Both the position numbers and the translations under genes were made by a program. From a virus (taxonomy: Duplodnaviria > Heunggongvirae > Uroviricota > Caudoviricetes): 64,000 bases of DNA. Positions 60,254 through 64,000 of this stretch are shown here, one piece after another. Under the pieces are notes generated by a model. The model saw only the letters and a program-made list of their open reading frames with translations. It did not search any database and was not told where the DNA came from. Position 1 is the stretch's first letter. Each line of letters begins with the position of its first letter. The DNA lies in the IMG/VR virus record IMGVR_UViG_3300008120_000059, positions 64,001-128,000 of that record; one strand, given 5' to 3'.

Positions 60254-60260
60254 ATAAATA
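60254..60260 (-). promoter_or_regulatory. TATTTAT box
   Basis: 4 nt upstream of ATG 60249. Confidence 0.5.
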
Positions 60261-60286
60261 TAACTAAAGAACAAATACTAATAAAT

Positions 60287-60313
60287 AAAAAAATCCCAAC
60301 CGAAGTTGGGATT
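60287..60313 (-). terminator. intrinsic terminator with cUUCGg tetraloop
   Basis: AATCCCAAC-TTCG-GTTGGGATT followed by TTTT on the minus strand, downstream of nrdA. Confidence 0.9.
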
Positions 60314-60399
60314 ATATATTGTTTGATTTTTTTGCTCCTGTATAATCAAACAAAGTAGATGTATGGTTAATTATAAAATATCAATGGAGCCACCTACAG

Positions 60400-62832
60400 T
60401 TACGAGCCACAACCTTCACATTCAAAAGGAGAATCTGTTGGTCTTGATGGTATTGACATCTCCACGACTTCTTCTTCTTTTTGATTATTTTGGTTGTATG
60501 AAGTATTTTGTACTTCTTTAGCTTCAACTGTGGGTTTTGCTGTTGAGGTGTCGATTCCTAAACCCTTTAATGGGTCAACAGCAGCTCTGGTTCGTAAATA
60601 ATACATACCCGTTTTTAAACCAAGTTTCCATCCATAAAGATGTGCGGCTAAAACTTTGGTTTTGTTTGCGTTGTCAATAAATAAATTTAAAGACTGTGAT
60701 TGGTCAATGTAAATTGACCTGTTTGCCGCCATGGTTAAGATTCTTTTTTGAGACATTTCCCAAACTGTTTTGTAAACTTCTTTCACATCAACAGGTACCT
60801 CAGGAATGTTTTGAACAGAACCATTTTCCATGATTAGTTTTTTCTTTAATTCGTCAGACCACAATCCTCTTTCAAGTAATTCATTTACGAGATGTTTATT
60901 GATTACAATAAATTCACCTCCTAATGTTCTTCTTGAGTAAAGGTTAGATGTAAATGGTTCAAATGCTTCATTATTACCAAGAATTTGTGCGGTAGATGCT
61001 GTTGGCATAGGAGCAACTAATAGAGAGTTTCTTACACCATGTTTAACAACATCTTTTCTTAGTGACTTCCAATCCCATCTTCCACTTGTGTCCTTGTCTG
61101 TTTTACCCCATAACTCGTATTGAAATTGACCTTTAGATAACGGAGAACCTTCAAATGAAGAGTACGCCCCGTTTTCAACAGCCAAGTCTTTAGACGATGT
61201 GAGAGCCGCGAAATAAATTGTTTCAAATATTTCTACTTGTAATTTGTCCGAATCCTCACTTTCAAAAGGTAATTTTAACATACAAAACACATCCGCCAAT
61301 CCTTGTACACCTAAACCAACTGGTCTATGTTTCATGTTTGAAAGTTTTGTTTCCTCAGTAGGGTAAAAATTCAAATCAATAACGTTGTTTAGGTTTTTCA
61401 CAACTTGATATACATTATCATAAAGTAGTTCATGATTAAATTCTTTATTAATGATGTATTTTGGTAATGCGATTGACGCTAAATTACAAACCGCTTGTTC
61501 TGTTGGGCTTGAGTACTCAATAATCTCGGTACACAAATTAGATGATTTAATTGTACCTAAGTTCTTTTGGTTTGATTTGTAATTAGCAGCATCCTTGTAC
61601 AACATGTATGGGGTACCGGTCTCAATTTGTGCCGTTAAAATTGCGTCCATTAATTTTCTCGCTTTAACAACTTTTCTTGCTCGACCCTCTTTCTCATACC
61701 TTTCGTACAATTCTGTGAATTCTTGAGTAAAAGAAAATGGGTCATCATAAGCGTCTGACAAACCAGGAGCTTCATCAGGTGAAAATAGTGACCACTCCCC
61801 GTCTTCCTCAACTCTTTTCATAAAAAGATTGGGTGTCCACATCGCTAAGAATAAATCACGAGCCCTTAATTCTTCTTTACCGTGATTTTTTCTCAAATCA
61901 ATAAATTCAAAAACATCTGCGTGCCATGGCTCAAGATAAATCGCGAAAGAACCTTTTCTTTTACCACCCTGATTAATCCAACGAGCGACTTCATTGTATG
62001 TTTTCATCATCGGGAGTAGTCCGTCTGATTCACCACCTGTTCCTTTAATATATGAACCCTTGGCTCTAACATCATGAACATGTAGTCCGATACCACCAGC
62101 CCATTTTGAAATTTTAGCAACATCTTTAATTGTGTCAAACAAACCATCAATGTCATCACCTTTATTACCAATTAAGAAACAAGAAGACATTTGTGGTCTA
62201 CGAGTACCGGCATTAAACAAAGTTGGAGTTGCGTGAGTGTAAAAATGTTGTGATAAATCGTCATAAATTCTCAAAGCAGTTTCTAAGTCACCATTACAAA
62301 TACCAACAGCAACTCTCATGTACATATATTGAGGTCTTTCAACGATTCTTCTTCCGATTTTCAAAAGGTAAGAACGTTCAAGAGTTTTAAATCCAAAATA
62401 ATCAAAATCAAAATCTCTCTCTTGAACAATCGCACCATCTAAAGATTCTTTGTTTTGAATCACAAATTGATAAACCTCATCTGATATTAAAGATGAATCT
62501 TTTCCTGTTCTTGGTTCAATAAATGAGTGAAGTTCTTTAATACATTGGGAAAACTTTTTTGGTGTCGTTTTATGTAGATTTGACACCGCCAATCTTCCAG
62601 CTAATTTAGCATAGTCTGAATGTGTTGTTACCATAGACGCAGCCGTCTCGGCTGCTAATGTGTCCAACTCAGTTGTAGATATACCATCGTAAATCCCTTG
62701 AGTAACTTTAAGAGTCACTAATGTTGGGTCAATGTATTCTAAATTCAAATCATCACAGAAATATTGTATTCTTCTGGTGATTTTGTCATATCTCATTTCT
62801 TCCAATGAGCCATCTCTCTTTTTTACTTTCAT
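60400..62832 (-). CDS. nrdA: ribonucleoside-diphosphate reductase class Ia alpha subunit
   Basis: ATP cone (KRDG), ATPTLFNAG, SSCF, SNLCTEI, CNLAS, GMYYLR, C-terminal CEGC. Confidence 0.97.
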   Translation of the reverse strand: MKVKKRDGSLEEMRYDKITRRIQYFCDDLNLEYIDPTLVTLKVTQGIYDGISTTELDTLAAETAASMVTTHSDYAKLAGRLAVSNLHKTTPKKFSQCIKELHSFIEPRTGKDSSLISDEVYQFVIQNKESLDGAIVQERDFDFDYFGFKTLERSYLLKIGRRIVERPQYMYMRVAVGICNGDLETALRIYDDLSQHFYTHATPTLFNAGTRRPQMSSCFLIGNKGDDIDGLFDTIKDVAKISKWAGGIGLHVHDVRAKGSYIKGTGGESDGLLPMMKTYNEVARWINQGGKRKGSFAIYLEPWHADVFEFIDLRKNHGKEELRARDLFLAMWTPNLFMKRVEEDGEWSLFSPDEAPGLSDAYDDPFSFTQEFTELYERYEKEGRARKVVKARKLMDAILTAQIETGTPYMLYKDAANYKSNQKNLGTIKSSNLCTEIIEYSSPTEQAVCNLASIALPKYIINKEFNHELLYDNVYQVVKNLNNVIDLNFYPTEETKLSNMKHRPVGLGVQGLADVFCMLKLPFESEDSDKLQVEIFETIYFAALTSSKDLAVENGAYSSFEGSPLSKGQFQYELWGKTDKDTSGRWDWKSLRKDVVKHGVRNSLLVAPMPTASTAQILGNNEAFEPFTSNLYSRRTLGGEFIVINKHLVNELLERGLWSDELKKKLIMENGSVQNIPEVPVDVKEVYKTVWEMSQKRILTMAANRSIYIDQSQSLNLFIDNANKTKVLAAHLYGWKLGLKTGMYYLRTRAAVDPLKGLGIDTSTAKPTVEAKEVQNTSYNQNNQKEEEVVEMSIPSRPTDSPFECEGCGS

Positions 62833-62839
62833 AATCTAA

Positions 62840-63817
62840 TTAAAAATCTATATCTTCAAATGATGTATCCATATCTTCAATGGAAACGTTATTATTCACA
62901 CCAGCTTTTTGATATTCAGCAACTCTTTTTTCAAAGAAATTAGTCTTACCTTGAAGAGCAATATTTTGCATGAAATCAAATGGATTTTCAACATTGTAGA
63001 CCTTTGAACAATTTAATGACATTAATAGTCTATCGGTCACAAATTCCAAATATTGAGACATCAAATCTGAATTCATACCAATTAGTTTAACAGGTAGTGC
63101 CTCTAAAATAAATTCTTTTTCAATCTCTAAAGCTCCACAGATAATGTCTTTAATTCTCTTCTCACTTAATTTATTTTCAATATGGTGATTAAACAAATGA
63201 CAAGCAAAGTCACAGTGCATTCCTTCATCTCTTGAAATAAGCTCATTTGAAAAGGTTAAACCCGGCATTAAACCACGTTTTTTGAGCCAGAAAATAGAAC
63301 AGAATGAGCCAGAAAAGAAAATACCCTCAACAGCAGCAAAGGCAATAAGTCTTTCAACGAAGGTACCCTTTTCAATATACTTTAACGCCCATTCCGCCTT
63401 TTTCTTAACAGCAGGGATTGTGTCAATTGCATTAAATAATCTACCTTGTTCTTGTTTATCCTTGATATATGTATCAATCAACAAAGAATAAGTTTCACTG
63501 TGAATATTTTCCATCATGATTTGGAAACCATAAAACATTTTAGCTTCCGTATATTGTACCGCATTCACAAAATTCATTGCAATGTTTTCATTTACAATAC
63601 CATCCGAAGCGGCGAAAAATGCTAATACGTTTTTAACAAAATGTTGTTCATCTTCATTTAGTTTGTTTTCCCAATCATAAATGTCTTGAGCTAAATCAAT
63701 TTCTTCAGCAGTCCAAAAACATGCTTCTTGTTGTTTGTAAAGTTTCCAAATGTCGTGGTGTTCGATTGGAAAAAGGACAAAACGTCCTGGATTTTCTTTC
63801 AAAATCTTCTCTGTCAT
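62840..63817 (-). CDS. nrdB: ribonucleoside-diphosphate reductase class Ia beta subunit
   Basis: [20 protein letters not shown] (radical Tyr), [23 protein letters not shown]. Confidence 0.97.
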   Translation of the reverse strand: MTEKILKENPGRFVLFPIEHHDIWKLYKQQEACFWTAEEIDLAQDIYDWENKLNEDEQHFVKNVLAFFAASDGIVNENIAMNFVNAVQYTEAKMFYGFQIMMENIHSETYSLLIDTYIKDKQEQGRLFNAIDTIPAVKKKAEWALKYIEKGTFVERLIAFAAVEGIFFSGSFCSIFWLKKRGLMPGLTFSNELISRDEGMHCDFACHLFNHHIENKLSEKRIKDIICGALEIEKEFILEALPVKLIGMNSDLMSQYLEFVTDRLLMSLNCSKVYNVENPFDFMQNIALQGKTNFFEKRVAEYQKAGVNNNVSIEDMDTSFEDIDF

Positions 63818-63831
63818 GGTGATAATAATTA

Positions 63832-64000
63832 TTAATTTCTGTTTAAAGTTTCCTGTCTTTTGGTGAAAGCTTCTCTCACCCTGTCAGCAGCGTTTTTTTG
63901 TTTCTCCTCTTTATGACCAAGGAGTGTTGTTTGAGACTCAGTATCAATGACTAACAGTCTATTGTCAAATTTACAATTCTGCCAAATAATTCCGTCACGA
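63832..64000 (-). CDS. C-terminal fragment, probably of a DnaB/gp41-like replicative helicase
   Basis: Open frame from window edge: [29 protein letters not shown]...RN*. Only the tail is visible. Confidence 0.5.
   Translation of the reverse strand, partial: RDGIIWQNCKFDNRLLVIDTESQTTLLGHKEEKQKNAADRVREAFTKRQETLNRN

Noticed and set aside
4341-63491. Remaining short 60-130 aa track ORFs nested in or antisense to long genes (for example 4341, 5164, 14165, 18597, 49561, 56865, 63282)
   Set aside because: Fully overlapped by well-supported genes, with no motifs or upstream signals
60400-63817. Introns, inteins or homing endonucleases in nrdA/nrdB
   Set aside because: Lengths (810 and 325 aa) and motif spacing are ordinary, with no insertion seen
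1-64000. Stop-codon reassignment as in some large phages
   Set aside because: Conserved genes are intact under the standard code, and TAG (1060, 4490, 7483, 8203) and TGA stops fall at sensible gene ends
1-64000. tRNA, rRNA or structured ncRNA genes
   Set aside because: Intergenic gaps are short and AT-rich, and no cloverleaf or conserved RNA motif was seen. A covariance-model scan was not possible.

Overview
AT-rich (roughly one-third GC, estimated by eye) segment of a large contractile-tailed (jumbo-type myovirus) phage genome, standard genetic code, almost entirely minus-strand coding. Left to right: partial AAA+ ATPase; Dam-family methyltransferase; small and hypothetical genes, including an Hc1-like nucleoid protein and probable internal head proteins; an envelope/lysis-like block (degenerate amidase, membrane proteins, spanin-like pair); a sigma-70 factor and ClpP; a recombination/replication block (SbcCD/gp46-47-like, PD-(D/E)xK exonuclease, primase, RuvC-like); a 23-kb cluster of five genes encoding Cys-rich modules, four of them on Thr/Pro mucin-like stalks, ending in a ~5,376-aa protein split only by an exact 20-nt duplication; baseplate genes; class Ia nrdB/nrdA; and the C-terminus of a probable helicase. 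Sigma, ClpP, Hc1 and signal-peptide features suggest a Bacteroidota host (inference). Best leads: the giant stalked Cys-module fibre system, a candidate -1 frameshift at an A10 run (8207-8216), a TATTTAT box before structural genes, and apparent absence of GATC. No tRNA, rRNA, CRISPR or mobile element could be supported. All family assignments are by motif recognition without database searches.
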